Shown: positions 1-33,426, counted from the stretch's first letter. The stretch: 64,000 bases of DNA from the human T2T-CHM13v2.0 reference genome, Homo sapiens (GCF_009914755.1 NC_060926.1), one strand, 5' to 3'. Program-made: numbers and translations. Notes: generated by a model from the letters alone, not told the origin.

Positions 1-246
1 TTCAAAGAAGTGTTCAGTTTAGTTTTGGGGTAGGGCAAGCATAACTACAGTGCTTAAAGAGAGTAATTTGTCTGGTGTGCAGAACTAGTGTGTAAATATA
101 ACTGGTGCATTGCAAAACTGTGAAGTAGTTTCTGTCAAACCTTACACTGCTTTGTCTTTCTCCCTCTCTCCCTTTCTCTTGGTTGCCCCCTCCCCCTCCC
201 AATGATACCTTAGTCTCTGCTTGCCTTTATCAAAACCTTTATGATT

Positions 247-1328
<1,082 letters not shown>

Positions 1329-1779
1329 TCAAAGGATAATTTTACTGTCTACAGTTTTGCAGCGAGAGAAACTTGATTTTATCAGTACACCAAGAGCAGA
1401 TCTATGTCTTCGGAACAGACATGAGATCAGAATTGTCTAGCTGCTATGAACAGCATGTTCTCTCCCTGTACCTATAGACATGTATGGGAAACTTATTTGT
1501 AAGGTTGTATAATGAGCAGTGAGTTAAAGCAAACTTGACATGTTGACCATAGTTGTTATGGCATTGGACTAAAGTAGCCTCCATCACTATGATAGAGATA
1601 GCCTTGGTGTTGGACCCATAGTTTTTGAAGTCTGTTTGCTAAGACTCCCTCTTCCTTAGGCAGTTCTTCAAATATTATTATGCTTTTTCCTGTCATGGGA
1701 TTCCTCTTCATGGAGTTTCCTTTCTCAGGAACACTATCTTCTCCTGGTTAATTTGTACTTATTCTTCAGATACCAGTTG

Positions 1780-2035
1780 AAATGTTACAACCTTCCCTGA
1801 CCCTCCAAACTATTCCCCGTTATTATTCTCCTAGCACCACTTGCACCTCATTTTCATACTCACTGGAGTTGCAATTCATATTCATTGATAGGATTATTTT
1901 AATTGTATCTGATATCACTGTCACCTCCACTAGAAGATGGTCTCCATGCGGGCAGAGACTATCACCATGTGTTCTTCACTTCAATTTTCAGTAGTTGGCT
2001 GTGAGTAGGTATTGAATAAATATTTGTGGAGTAAT
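1780..2035 (+). mobile_element. L2 (LINE-2) 3' remnant
   Basis: Resembles the L2 terminus: ...ccactaga..ctccatg.gggcag.gact...agtaggtattgaataaatatttg. Confidence 0.6.
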
Positions 2036-2195
2036 CATAATGAGGTATAGATATTATTCTCATACCTCTATTTTATTAATTAGGGAATTACAGAATTCAG
2101 TGATCTGCTCAGGATCTCATAACCAGGAAGTGGGAAACTAGGATTTGAGCTCCAGTGAGTGTGGCCTTTCATTAAAAATATTACAGCAACCATTC

Positions 2196-3601
<1,406 letters not shown>

Positions 3602-4554
3602 TTATGTAGATGTTGTGTCTCATGATCTATCCTGAGAAAGCTTTTGGGAGGAACTGCATCATAGTCATGGACAACATTTGTGTTATTAAAATATCTAGAT
3701 TATTTTCCACAAAAAATCAGTTACATATGTATCTTAACATGTTGTATTATTGTTTAACCTTGTTTATTGAATAACTAACATGTAGAAAAGTATTTATAGC
3801 ATAAGTATACAGCTGTATACAGCTCAGTGGATTACCACAAAGCGAATATACTTTCATAATCACCACCCAGGTCAAGAAATAAATTGTTACCTGTGGCCCT
3901 AAAATCCCTCCAGGCACTCCACCATCTTTATCCACTCACTCCTCTCCCTCAAAACCACTAGACTACTAACATCATAGACAAAGCTAGCATGCCTTTGAAC
4001 TTTATATAAATCTAATGATGTAGGATTTTGTGTGTATGTGTATTTGGCTTCTTTCATCAGCATTGTATTTGTGAGATTTATCCAGATTGTTGCAAGTAGT
4101 TGTAGTTGTGCTTTTTTACACAGATTTAATTTTTATATTTTTCTTATATGTTCGAACAGTTAACCTGCTTATCTATTATTAAAAAAAAAAAAACGAACAT
4201 TCACATAGTTCTTACCAGTTTACAGTGTTTTTTCCACACCGTCTTCAAAATGTAAAGTTTGGTCTTCAATACATCAGTATGCTGCTAGATTTAAATACTA
4301 GGGAAAAAAAAATCAGAGAAGTTAATAATATTAACTGTCACCTCCACTAGAAGATGGTCTCCATGTGGACAGTAATATTTCTCTTGTATTATCTGTGCTA
4401 AGTAAAATCTTCTGTAAGTTTCTTTAAATATTTTAATAAATCATAGTACTTAAAATGTTCTCAATATTCTAAAGTAGTTAAAAGTAACTATAAAATAGTA
4501 CCTGTTTTTCTGATCACATTTTACTTCCTATGTGAAATTTTACAAGTCGTTACT

Positions 4555-5527
<973 letters not shown>

Positions 5528-5588
5528 TAACTTTTACATCCTGAACTGACCTTAAGAAAGTATAACTTTAGGCCTGTTTCATCTGTAA

Positions 5589-5959
<371 letters not shown>

Positions 5960-6202
5960 TAGAATATTTGTTTCGATTATTCTAAATCTGGTGACATTTC
6001 TTTTGTTTTTAAGTTAAATCTTCAGTAAAAAGAATAAATGCCACCTAGAGGACAGAAAAATTTTTACAGTAGATTATCACAGACCTCATGACTCATTACT
6101 TTGGTGTATAAAATGGCCTTTGTATGGTGTCAGCACCTGGGAATGTCTCAAGGGGTGTTCATTGACCTTCTGGACTATCTGGAAATATTTTGATATTTAT
6201 TG

Positions 6203-6634
<432 letters not shown>

Positions 6635-7094
6635 AAATTTTGATATTTATGTGAGAATGACTTTTCACGGTGTTCTTAATAGCGCAAGTTTTGTTTAGGA
6701 GAGCACATTCCAACTTACTTGCTTCTATAAATATACCGTGTAATCTAGGGCTTAAAGAATATGTACAATGTCTTTTTCTCTCCCCTAGTCTTCCCCTTTT
6801 CTCACTAGTTATATCCTTGACTGAAGAGCTATTTCATTCTCAAGTCTTAGGAATGCAGGGTGAAGCAAAACAGATGAATTTTTAAAGCACTTAACCAGGC
6901 TGTATGAAATCACAGTCTGTTGTCTAAAATTGTAAGGGACGGTTCAGTAGTACTCTCCCCTTTCTCAAACCAAATCTTTGGTTGTTTTAAGGAAGGGAAA
7001 TTAAATTCCTGTGTGCTAGATTTTCAACATAAAATTTAAAAAACTGGAATAATGTTGCATTTTATGTGTATAACAGTATAATGCTTTGTTTTAG

Positions 7095-7190
<96 letters not shown>

Positions 7191-7383
7191 TAAGTTATTG
7201 ACTATTTGTGAAATTTCCCTCTCCAAATAGGAAAGATACGATTGGAAACATTATTCAGAAGGAAGAAGTTTTAAAGAAGGGCAAGCTTAAAGACTATCTA
7301 ATGAATTTAGTAGGACCCACTATATTAATAAGTAGTAAACTAGATTAATCTCAGATGACTCACATAGCTTGGTCTTTAATTAA

Positions 7384-7539
<156 letters not shown>

Positions 7540-7644
7540 TAGTATATATATTTTCCTATTAAATGGCCAAGGTTAAAAATACAAATATCTTTATATTTGT
7601 TATTACTTTTCTAAATGAATTGAAAAAAGATTTTTTGCTTGTAG

Positions 7645-7724
7645 GTACAGTCTGCTGGAGATGACAGAGTACTTGTAATGGGTGCAACTAATAGGCCACA
7701 AGAGCTTGATGAGGCTGTTCTCAG
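7645..7724 (+). CDS. SPAST: Spastin exon 12 (80 nt), VQSAGDDRVLVMGATNRPQELDEAVL(R)
   Basis: ttgtag|GTACAG...TCTCAG|gtaggg. Sensor-1 ATN and second region of homology. Confidence 0.98.
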
Positions 7725-8249
7725 GTAGGGAGATTTATATGGAAATACATGCATTTATTACAGACAATATTTACTCATGTGTCCATCTTACATATTATTT
7801 CCTTACTCTCAGTTTTAAGACTAAATTCACTATTTTCTTCCAGTACTATCTCTAGCCTCTTGTTACCAACTACATAAGGATTTTGAGGTCAACAGCTTGA
7901 TATCAGGAGAATTAGTCTAGTAAAGGTTTAGTTACGGTTTTAGGCAAATTGGTCAGTTCTTCTGGGTTGCATTAAATTATCTTTAAACTTGAAAATTGAT
8001 TCTTACCGTCTTTTATTGGGCTTCATGAGAAAATAATCAAATCAGGGTTCATGGAAAATGTGTTTTCTGTTCTTGTGTGTTTGAGCAGTTTATTCCCTTC
8101 ATACTGGAAGGACGGTTTGGGTCAGCATAAAATTCTTGGGCATCCTTTCCCAAGGAATTTACAATATTGCTCCATTGTTTCTAGATTGGCTGTAGTAGTG
8201 TAAAAGTCTGAATCCAAATTGATTTTTTCAAATTTGTAAAATAACTTGA

Positions 8250-10555
<2,306 letters not shown>

Positions 10556-12438
10556 AAATTTATCTTAATTTTTTTCCCTAGTTCATTTTTCTGTTTTCTT
10601 TTGCACATAAATTATGTGTTATGTTGCATCCTTTTGTTTTCCCTATCTGTAATTTTCTTCTTCATCCTTTTAAACTCTTAGGTCTTTTTGTTTTGTTCTG
10701 TTTTCCCAAGCCTGTTGCCTTTATTTCTTACTGGGTTAGTATCTAATCTCCTTTCTGCTATATCTTTTGTAACTCTTCTTTCCTTGGTGGTTTTTTATTC
10801 ATTACTTTCCTGACATCTGTTATTCTACTTTTCATCTTCTGTTTTATTTCTTTGAGCATCTGTATGTTATTTCCATAAGCTCTTACATTTCACTGGGCTC
10901 TTGTTTCATAGAAAACAATTTTTTGGCAAGGACAGACCACTTGAGGCCAGGAGTTTGAGACCAGCCTGGCCAACATAGTACAACCCTGTCTCTGCTAAAA
11001 ATACAAAAAATTAGCTGGGTGTGGTCACACACACCTGTAATCCCAGCTACTCAGGAGGCTGATAATCGCTTGAACCCAGGAGGCAGAGGTTGCAGTGAGC
11101 CAAGACGGCGGCACTGTACTCTAGCCTGGGGGACAGAGCAAGGCTCTGTCTCAAAAAAAAAAAGAAAAAATTTTTTGGTCAGGCGTCATGGTGGGTCACA
11201 CCTGTAATCCCAGCACTTTGGGAGGCCAGATCACTTGAGGCCGGGAATTCCAGACCAGCCTCGCCAACGTGGCAAAACCCCATATCTATAAAAAAAACTT
11301 AAGGATAAAAAAAATTAAATTTTTAAAAAATTAAATTATTTTATTTCGTGGAAAGATACTTGGTCATAATTTTAGTTTGCTCTATGGCAAAATCTTCTCA
11401 TGCATGTTCTTCATTTTATCTAGTTTATGTTTATTGTGTTTTGTTTGCTCTTTTTTGGGGGCAGGTTTTGTTGTTGTTGTTGTTGTTGTTTTTTTTTAAA
11501 TGAGCCCTGTCCTGGTTTTTCCTTTTTTGCTTATTATTTTTCTTTGAATAAAAGGAGTTTTCTTGGAAAACCTAGTTTTGGAAGGATATTGTAGGGGAAG
11601 GGATAGGTATCTTGAGTAGTCCATGTATACACTAAACTAGCATGCAGCCTCCCTCACTTACAGTGAAGCCCTACCTAATAATGAAGTATATGTGTATGTA
11701 AATAAGAGATAGGGTTGATTTATTCTTCTACTAAAAAATATTGGTCACTGCAAGACATTGTCTTCCCGCCAGACTGTTAGATGCCTTCTTATAAAGATAA
11801 TTCGTCTTAGAGTTTCTTTGTTCATTCTCACCTTCCTTGCCATTCCTATGCTATCAATTAGGGTTTATATGGTCTGCAGAGCCAGGCTTCATATGCTTGT
11901 TTAAATGTGGAGGGACTGGCCTTATTACCCTTTAGGGTGTGCTATCTCTTTTTGGGAGGAAAACTGTACTCTGACAGTCATGTCCATGATCTTTAGCGGC
12001 AGATCCTTTGTGTGTCTTCCTTTGTCAGTGTAATTTTCACTGCCCTAGGCAGTTCACCTTTATGTATTTTAGTTCCATAAATGTTACCTAGTTTGTTGAT
12101 GAAGTGTATGTTTCTGTTTCTATTATCCTTGCTGATTTTAGTTTTTTTCAGATTCAAGAAGACAGATCTACTTATATCAGATATTTTGTTTGTTTTAAAG
12201 CATTACTGCTATTAAAAACATATACATACATAAATGATTAATTCTAACAATACCGAATTAAGGATTTTAAACATTAACTAGAGTTTTAAAAGAGTAACAA
12301 AAATATTTTTACATTGATAACTACCAAAATGCATTCCAGTGCCTTGAATATTATATTTTAAAAGCTTTTCCTGTCATTTGCTGTTTCAGCTTTAAATTCA
12401 AAATTATATTTCTAAAAGTGCTGGATTTTTTTTTTTAG

Positions 12439-12481
12439 GCGTTTCATCAAACGGGTATATGTGTCTTTACCAAATGAGGAG
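12439..12481 (+). CDS. SPAST: Spastin exon 13 (43 nt), (R)RFIKRVYVSLPNEE
   Basis: ttttag|GCGTTT...GAGGAG|gtatgt. Arginine finger. Confidence 0.98.
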
Positions 12482-12559
12482 GTATGTATCTGTGTTTGAA
12501 TTTTTTTTGTTTTAGAGCAGAAACAAGAACTACCATCTTGACAATATTAAGTCTTCCAA

Positions 12560-13450
<891 letters not shown>

Positions 13451-13849
13451 GTTTTTTTGCAGCAAAATATTTATTGCTATGTTTTTATTCAAGTGTGGTG
13501 AATTATTGCTATGTTTTTATCCAGGTGTGGTGTCTCACGCCTATAATCCCAACACTTTGGGAGGCTGAGGTGGGAGGATCGCTTGAGCCAGGAATTCAAG
13601 ACCAGCCTGGGCAACATAGGGAGACCCTGTCTCTACAAAAACTTTTTTAGAAATTAACCAGGCATGGTGGCACGTGCCTTTGGTCCCAGTTACTCGGGAG
13701 GCTGAGATGGGAGGATTGCTTGAACCCAGGATATCGAGGCTATAGTGAGCTATGATTGTGCCCTGCACTCCAGCCTGGGTAACAGCACAAGACCCTGTCT
13801 CAATATAAAAAAAGAAAAGAATCATTAATTCTGAAATTAGACTGAATGA

Positions 13850-13951
<102 letters not shown>

Positions 13952-15138
13952 TGAGTAATTTGGATTTGGTTTATCTTACAGCTTTTATTTATTTTTTGTA
14001 AATAATTCTTTTTTTAGTTATTTAAAGTAATCTTAAGTATGAAATGAGTAATTCATTGATCAGAAGACTTTCTCTCATCCTCTACCTCCTTTGCCTTTTT
14101 CTTACCTCTTGTTCTTATATATATATGTGGAATCTAAATTTCACTGGCTATGTCCTTTGCAAGACGTGATCTAATGATGATAGTATATTCTTTTTATAAA
14201 TTTATTAAAACCTGTAAGTGGTATTAAAGTAATTTAAACATTTACACCTTAGGCAACATGGTAAAACCCCATCTCTACAAAAAATAAAATGAGTCAGGAA
14301 TGGTGGCACATACCTGTAGTCCCAGCTACTTGGGAGGTTGAGGTGGGAGGATCGCTTCAGCCCGGGAGGTGGAGGTTGAGCAACAGAGTGAGACCCTGTC
14401 TCAAAAAAAATTTTAAACATTTCATATTGCACACTAACACAGATATTTTTATATAAACTTGTTCTTGGCATATGCTGAATACTTTTCAGCTCTTTTAATA
14501 ATTTTAATTATTTGATAATTTTAATAATTTTAATTTCAGCTATTTGAATAATCTTAAACTTTATGAACAGTGTGAAGTAGAAACTGAGTATAGGAGATGC
14601 GCTCATGAATTTTATTCCCTGAAAAATGTCATAAAGTAATATAAAGTATTCAATGAGTATGTGAGTATTGAATAATTTTAACAAGAACTCTGAGTTCCCA
14701 GATACCTATGACAAAAGAACAAATTACTTGGAAGTCTCTTCTACTCCAGACCTTTCTGTCTATCCCCTTATTTAAAAAAATGTACATTGATTGTCCCTTA
14801 TCCCATCAAGAGAGTGTTCTTTGCCAAGATAAACGCTAATTAGAGAAGTAATTGTGTTTATGTGTCAGTTGGCCACCAGTAGTTTGTAGATGTTACCTTT
14901 CCAGGTGACATGTTTACAATTTAATGAAGCCTCTGGAGATAGTATGCCTTAATCTAAAGGAATGGTTCTAATGATTAAAATTTGAGGCATTACTACATTT
15001 GTTTTCAGCAAATGGGCCTTTCTATTCCCTTAAAATCAAACCCTCATAACTATGGGTTTGCTGACAAAGGGAAACTAGTTTTTACTCTTATTATATGGAG
15101 ATTTTAAATCTGCAGAGATGAAAATAATTTGCTGTTTC

Positions 15139-15559
<421 letters not shown>

Positions 15560-15602
15560 TAAAACATTTAGAACTATTTATTATACCACCTTAGAAGTTT
15601 AA

Positions 15603-15932
<330 letters not shown>

Positions 15933-16799
15933 TAAAACCATTCTTAGCTCACAGATCATACAAAAACAGTCTATGAGCCAGTAGACTGTGACCCCTGTTC
16001 TAGGCAAGAGGTTTCATTTCTTGATAGTAAGTAAGCAGCAGAAAACTCAAAAAGAAAACTTTAAACAAAAAAGAATAATGTAAGGAAAATGTTCTTATCT
16101 GTTTTCTGGCTCTTTTCAGTATTCTGACATCATTTGAAATTAATGTGTCTAAAGGAAATTCTATAAGAGAAGTTTTCACTTTTTTAATTATTATCTTTTG
16201 AGGGATTGCAGCAAAATATTTATTGCTATGTTTTTATTCAGGTTACTTGGTTGATTCTGAAATACCACGACCAATTCTTTTTAGGTTAGGTTAGGATAAA
16301 CTCACACAGATATTTTCAGCTACATTTCCACAGCCAGCATCGGTAGTGGATGGTTGATGCTCTCAGGTATGCACTCAGATTATTAGCTATGATGATAAAG
16401 TAATCATAATAGCTCCATCCCTTTCTCTCATTCAAGAAAGTACAATTGAATGTAGTTGTACGAGAAAGATGTTATCATAGTGTCTACTGTAATTTGCATT
16501 AAAAGCCTACATTATACAAACCTTTTTGTTTTACTAGTTAAAAATTACCAGTAACACCTCCCGTAGTGAAATAGGGTGCTGATTAAGAACTGCTACTTTG
16601 CAAAATAAAAAATGTAATCTTGAGAGTATATTTTGAAACTCTGGATGAACAAATTTTCTTGCTGCTGGAGCTTAAATCTTGTTCAGTTAGTGGATTTAGA
16701 AACAGTAGCTAATGCATAAATGAGTTGTATTTTCTTAGAACGTTTTGGCTATTCTAAGGTAGACAAAATTTGGGTTTAAAAAAAGATTCGCATCCATTA

Positions 16800-17422
<623 letters not shown>

Positions 17423-17753
17423 ACATAAAGTGCAGAGTAAAAACAAAAAAAGACTAATGCATTTTGTAAAGAACAAGTTGCATTCTTTTAAGTTCCCTTT
17501 CAAATTTGTGAACTATTGTTTTTGGGCAGTATGCAAGAAATTGAACACTTTCCAGTTATTCCTAAGAAGGAATATTCTCTTCTCAGCATTTATAAATTGT
17601 ATTTGCTCTCAAAGTTAACATGTGTCTCTTTTTTTTAATATAATGATTTGTACTGAATAGATACATGTAGATCATTGTACTTGGTTTTGCCCTTCAACAA
17701 TTTCAACTGCAAAATGTATGTATTTTTAAGTGCCTGACTTTTATGTTTTACAG

Positions 17754-17794
17754 AACTAAAACCAGAACAGGTGAAGAATATGTCTGCCAGTGAG
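17754..17794 (+). CDS. SPAST: Spastin exon 16 (41 nt), (E)LKPEQVKNMSASE
   Basis: ttacag|AACTAA...AGTGAG|gtatag. Ends in phase 0. Confidence 0.97.
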
Positions 17795-17878
17795 GTATAG
17801 TATTTTACAATGATATTTTCTTTGTCTTCTATATTGTAAGACATATATAAGACATACATATATGAATGTGTGTGTGTG

Positions 17879-24634
<6,756 letters not shown>

Positions 24635-24931
24635 CTATAAATGATTGTGTTTTGTTTTTATATTGGAAAAATATTATGCTTTCAAATGTTAATACCTATG
24701 AAACTAAACACAAGTAATAAATATATTAGTATAGCATTTATTAAGGTTTCTTGTGTAGCAGATCAACATAGAAAATATATTTAAATGGCTGACATAATTT
24801 TCTAAGAATACATACACGTATATTTTTTATAACATTAAGAAACAGCAGCATCATTACTTTAATCCATCATTTCGTTAACCACCATATACCTGTTGATCAT
24901 TTGTATTGTCATGTGCTTTTTAAAAATCTAG

Positions 24932-25054
<123 letters not shown>

Positions 25055-26304
25055 GGAAATACCTTTGTAAACCTGCAGAACATTTTACTTAAAAGAGGAA
25101 ACACAAGATCTTCAATGAACGTCATCGGCTACAGAAACAGCCTAAGTTTACAGGACTTTTTAGAGTCTTACATATTTGTGCACCAAACTTGAAGATGAAC
25201 CAGAAAACAGACTTAAACAAAATATACAATGCAAATGTAATTTTTTGTTGTTTAAGGCCTTGCCTTGATGGTCACAGTTATCCCAATGGACACTAAGTTA
25301 GAGCACAACAAAACCTGATTCTGGTCTTCTTTACCAATATAATCATAATGTAAATAATAATTTGTATATTGTGTTGCAGATGAAAGTATTCCAGGAACAG
25401 TGAATGGTAGAAGACACAAGAACATTTGTTTGTTTGTCTTCTGATGTTTTTTCTTAAAATAGTAATTTCTCCTACTTTTCTTTTCTACTGTTGTCTTAAC
25501 TACAGGTGATTGGAATGCCAAACACTCTTAAGTTTATTTTCTTTTTTCGTTTTATAAATTCAGTGTGCCAAATGAAACTTTTTTCCTAAGTAACTGTAAT
25601 AGGAAAAAGTTTATTTTGAGAGTTTCTTCTTCATAAATCTACAGACATTAAACAATTGTTGTGTTCTTTTTACCTTTTATTTTTCTATTACCTTGCTACC
25701 AAACAGTTTAGATAGCAATATAATAGCAAAAAAGCAAATATGGTAAAATAGAGAAGGTTTGAAGGTTTGAGTTACTCTGTCATATAACATGTAGATCAGT
25801 CTTCATGTGACCTGCAGTATTTTTTTTTCTAATGTATTTGTCAGAAATCTGTTGTAGACTGTTAACTTCTTCCTGATGGAATTTATTTTCTGCAAGAATT
25901 ATTCTGATATTTAAGAGAGCCAATTTTAACTGCTGTGAAAATGTTTCCAGTGCAAGAGAAGGGAAATACTAGGAACTAAGACATTTCTAATTTATTGCTT
26001 ATTACTTTCTTAATTTTACAGGATAATTATAAGCAAGTGGAACTACCATCTTTTATTCTTAATAATTATTAATCCCTTCAATGAAACTTTAAAAAAACTG
26101 AATTTTTATACATGGCATACATTTTTCTAGTTCCTTCTGCTTGCTTTATTAACTCAAAAGTTCTAGTTCTAGTCTGTTGATCTGCCTTTTGTTCTCCCAA
26201 AATGTACAGTAATTCCATTTGTTTGTATAAATATGCCTGGATTTTCATTATAAAAATGTCATTGTAGGGAGTAGAGACTCATATCATGGCCTTTTAAATA
26301 TTGT

Positions 26305-26310
26305 AATAAA
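26305..26310 (+). terminator. Candidate proximal polyadenylation signal of SPAST
   Basis: AATAAA with several upstream TGTA motifs and downstream T/GT-rich sequence. Confidence 0.5.
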
Positions 26311-26590
26311 GGCAAATAGATATTTGCCCTTAGTTTACTGGTTAAAAGTTTGTTTACAGAACTTTTCTCTGGTGCTTAAATGATGCTATGTAAAATGTCA
26401 TGAGTGGAAAGAATATTTGTAGTAGTAACAAGAATTTTTCATTTAGGAAAGATTTCTTAGGTTTTGAAAGAATACATTAAAATAAAAAACTTGCCCCTAC
26501 TAGGTAAGAACTTTATAATGAAGACATACATTCTTCTTAATTTTACTCTTGCTCTTGTTAAAGATTTGTTTGAATATAGAAGATGCATGA

Positions 26591-26894
<304 letters not shown>

Positions 26895-28180
26895 AGAAGA
26901 TGCATGATTTCTTAGGATCATATGCTGTTTGTAGCCATAAGGTAAATCATGTCTCTTCCAATCATGACTTTGGAACTCCCTGAATAATAAAAATGAGAGT
27001 TGAGATAAATAGGGGAAAAAAAATTTTTTTCAAGCCAGAGCTATGCATATGTTAGGTGATGGGTAGTATCCCTTTAAGGTCTCAAACATTACAACATCAA
27101 TTATGAAATACTGATAACGAAAGGTAGTAATGAAATATATATGATGAAAAGAATTGAGAAGTTCTAAATTAAGACATTTCAGTTAAGCTCATAAAATTTC
27201 ATTGTTTTCATTTAAAAGGAGATTAACGTTATTGATACTTGGATAACTGGCTAATCATATTAAAGGACTATGTGGTTCCAGCTCAACTTTTAATATATTG
27301 TCTCCTTTAAAACTATCATGATTATAATTCTATTGGGAAAGACTTTTAGATAACAAAGATTTCAAATGTTAAAAGAGATAAAAGTCAGGTTAATACTATC
27401 TTAAACACTGAGTCAGAAAATCATTACTGTATAGAAGTTGCTTTCCTGATCAAGTCTGAACTTCAGCTAGTGCTAGAGAACTATTTTCTATGACTTAACT
27501 CTAACCAAGTTTTATTTTAAGCTGTTTCTTTGATAGAAGGGCCATGAAAATAGAGTAATGATATAGTAGGAGATAAGGGATTGGTTTGGTCTTTTTCAAT
27601 AAAGATAGAAGTTGCTGAAGTTTTCTGAATTAATAATGACTTAGATTGTGACCTTTTAGATTCGGTGTTGAGCTCTGTGTTGTATTACTTCCTAAAAGAT
27701 AATGCTTAAACATTAAGCATTAGTGTGCTCTTCATGTTAATATGGCAGAGTTTTGTAAACTAAATTAAAACTTACTGATATATTGGACTTTGAGCCAAGG
27801 GAAAGAATGAGTACTATCTTTCCAGATATCTTAAGGGTAAAAGCTTATTCTAAGACAGTCTGTCCATTGAGAATATTAGATTTCTGACTTGCAAATATGT
27901 TTGTACTCCAGAAGAATTAGAGGAAAAGCAGATACTAGAATTCTAATTTAATTACATATACAGCCGTCTTTGTTTATAGTGTAGAATTCTTTATATTTTG
28001 TACAAAAACTAATTCTTTTGGTAAAATGAACCATTTACAGTTCGGTTTTGGACTCTGAGTCAAAGGATTTTCCTTTAAATGCTTGTCTCAATTTTAGTCT
28101 GGTCTTTTGTACTTTTCTTCAGAAGAAATGAATTAAAGGGTACAGTTGCATAAAGTGGGTTTTTATCCTAATGTATTGGA

Positions 28181-28230
28181 AATAAATGATAAACTTTATT
28201 TTGTCTTTACTTTTTTACTTTAAAACTTTT
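28181..28230 (+). terminator. Distal polyadenylation signal of SPAST with U-rich downstream element
   Basis: TGTA at 28172-28175, AATAAA at 28181-28186, then TTTATTTTGTCTTTACTTTTTT. Confidence 0.8.
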
Positions 28231-28699
28231 TGATATTTTAGGGGTTGGAGTCTGATAATGAAGGAGTTGTGTGTATTGGACTCTTAGTAACAATTATAAA
28301 CGCTTAACAAAATATAGAAAGCAATGATTGGGTGGCTCTGCAGAGCAATCAAAACAAGGTAGAAACTGCAAAGTCCTATAATGGAAGAGATTCAGGCTGG
28401 GTGTGGTGGCTCATGCCTGTTTGGGAGGCCAGTATGGGAGAATCGCTTACACCCAGGAATTCAAGACCAGCCTGGGGAATATAGGGAGACCCTGTTTCTG
28501 CCAAAAAAAAAAAAAAAAAAAAAACTAAACTAAAAATTAGCCAGGTTTGGTGGCCTACACCTGTAGTCCCGGTTACTCAAGAGGCTGAGGTTAGAGGATC
28601 GCTTAAGCCCGGGAGGAGGAGGTTGCAGTGAGCCAAGATCACACCACCACACTCCAGCCCAGGTTACAGAGAACCTGTCTCAAAAAATAAAAAGTAAAC

Positions 28700-31570
<2,871 letters not shown>

Positions 31571-31824
31571 TAAATTGCTTACCTTCCTCCTTCCTGAACT
31601 GTTGTGGATTTTTTTTTTTTCAGGGGGTTGAGGTTTTTTTTTAGAGACAGAGTCTCTATTGCCCCAGGCTGGACAGCAGTGGCGTAATCAGTCTCAAAAT
31701 CCCTGCAGTCTCAAACTCCTGGGCTCAAGTGATCCTCCTGCCTCGGCCTCCCAAAATGCTGGGATTACAGGCAGGCAGAGCCACCACACCCTGCCAGAAC
31801 TATTGTTTTAAAGTCATTAGGTGG

Positions 31825-32195
31825 TTAAGCCCTCGAGACTATGTGCAAGTTTGATGATTCGTTAGGAGCACTCACAGGACTCAGCATATAGTCTTATTCC
31901 CAACAATGATTTATTAGAGCAAAAGGATATGAAGCAAATTCAGCAAAGGGAAAAAAGGAATTAAGTGAAGTCCAGAGGAAACCAAGCACCAGCTTCTAAG
32001 GGTTCTCTCCTAATGAAGTCACACAGGATGTCACTCCAGCAACAAGTGACAGCATGTGAAAGTGTTAAGCCTCACTGTTAGACATAGTAAGCTTGTTAGG
32101 GAATAGAGGGAATCTCCCCTCAAATTCAAGTTCCCAGATGCCTGGCAAGGGCCAACCTTGCCAGCAGGACTTTCTGGGGATAGCAGTCCCAGGCA
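31825..32195. mobile_element. MER21-like LTR fragment
   Basis: cactcacaggactcagcatatagtc..gcaaaaggat..cagcaaaggg..ttcccagatgcc.gcaagggccaaccttg resembles the recalled MER21 consensus. Confidence 0.5.
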
Positions 32196-32597
32196 CGTGT
32201 TTGCACAGTGGTTCAGATCAATGTGCTTACATTGGGTAGAGGGGACCTATGGAAGTCCAAATTTGGGTGTCAGAGACCTAATAGGGTGAAGACAGTGTCT
32301 ACAATGATGGACAGCTAGGTATGAGGTGTCAGGGACAGATTGAGGCAGTTATTCACATGGTGGATAGGGGCAACCTGGAATGAGGAATAAGCTCAAGCAC
32401 AGAAAGGGGTGTCCATATGGGGTAAGGGTGTCAGCAGAGATGGTAGATTGGTTGCACACCAAAGACTTGATGGAATAAAGTGAATATACTAACCACAGAG
32501 AAGGTAATTATAAATACAGAAAGGGGGGAAACTAGAATGAAACCTGGAGTTCAGCTTGAATTGGGTTTAAGAAAGTGAATTCATGGTTTAAAATCTA

Positions 32598-32966
<369 letters not shown>

Positions 32967-33058
32967 CTAGTCTGTCCACCAAGGTGGCCTTGGAGCAGTT
33001 ATGCTCCAATAATAATGAGCACATAAAGTACCCATATCTTGCCTTCCAAATTCTTCAC

Positions 33059-33426
33059 TGTCTTAGTCTGCTTGGGCTGCATTACAAAATACCATAGACT
33101 GGGCAGCTTAAATAACAGAAATTTATCCTCACAGTTCTAGAAGCTTGGAAGTCCAAGATTAAAGTACCAGCCAGTTTGGTTTCTAGTGAGGGCTTTCTTC
33201 CTGGCTTGCAGATGGCCACCTTCTCACCGTGTCCTTGTATGGCAGACAGCACAAGCTCTCTGGTGTCCCTTTTTAAAAGGGCATTAATCCCATCATGACA
33301 GTCCCATCCTCATTATCTCATCTAACCCTAGGTACTTCCCAAAGGCTGAATCACCAAAGACCATCACATTGCTGGTGAAGGCTTCAACATATGAATTTGA
33401 GGGACACGAATATTCAGTCCATAACA
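33059..33426 (-). mobile_element. MLT1A/B-like MaLR solo LTR
   Basis: TG...CA termini (TGTCTTAGTC...TTCAGTCCATAACA), ~370 bp, typical internal motifs. Confidence 0.8.
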
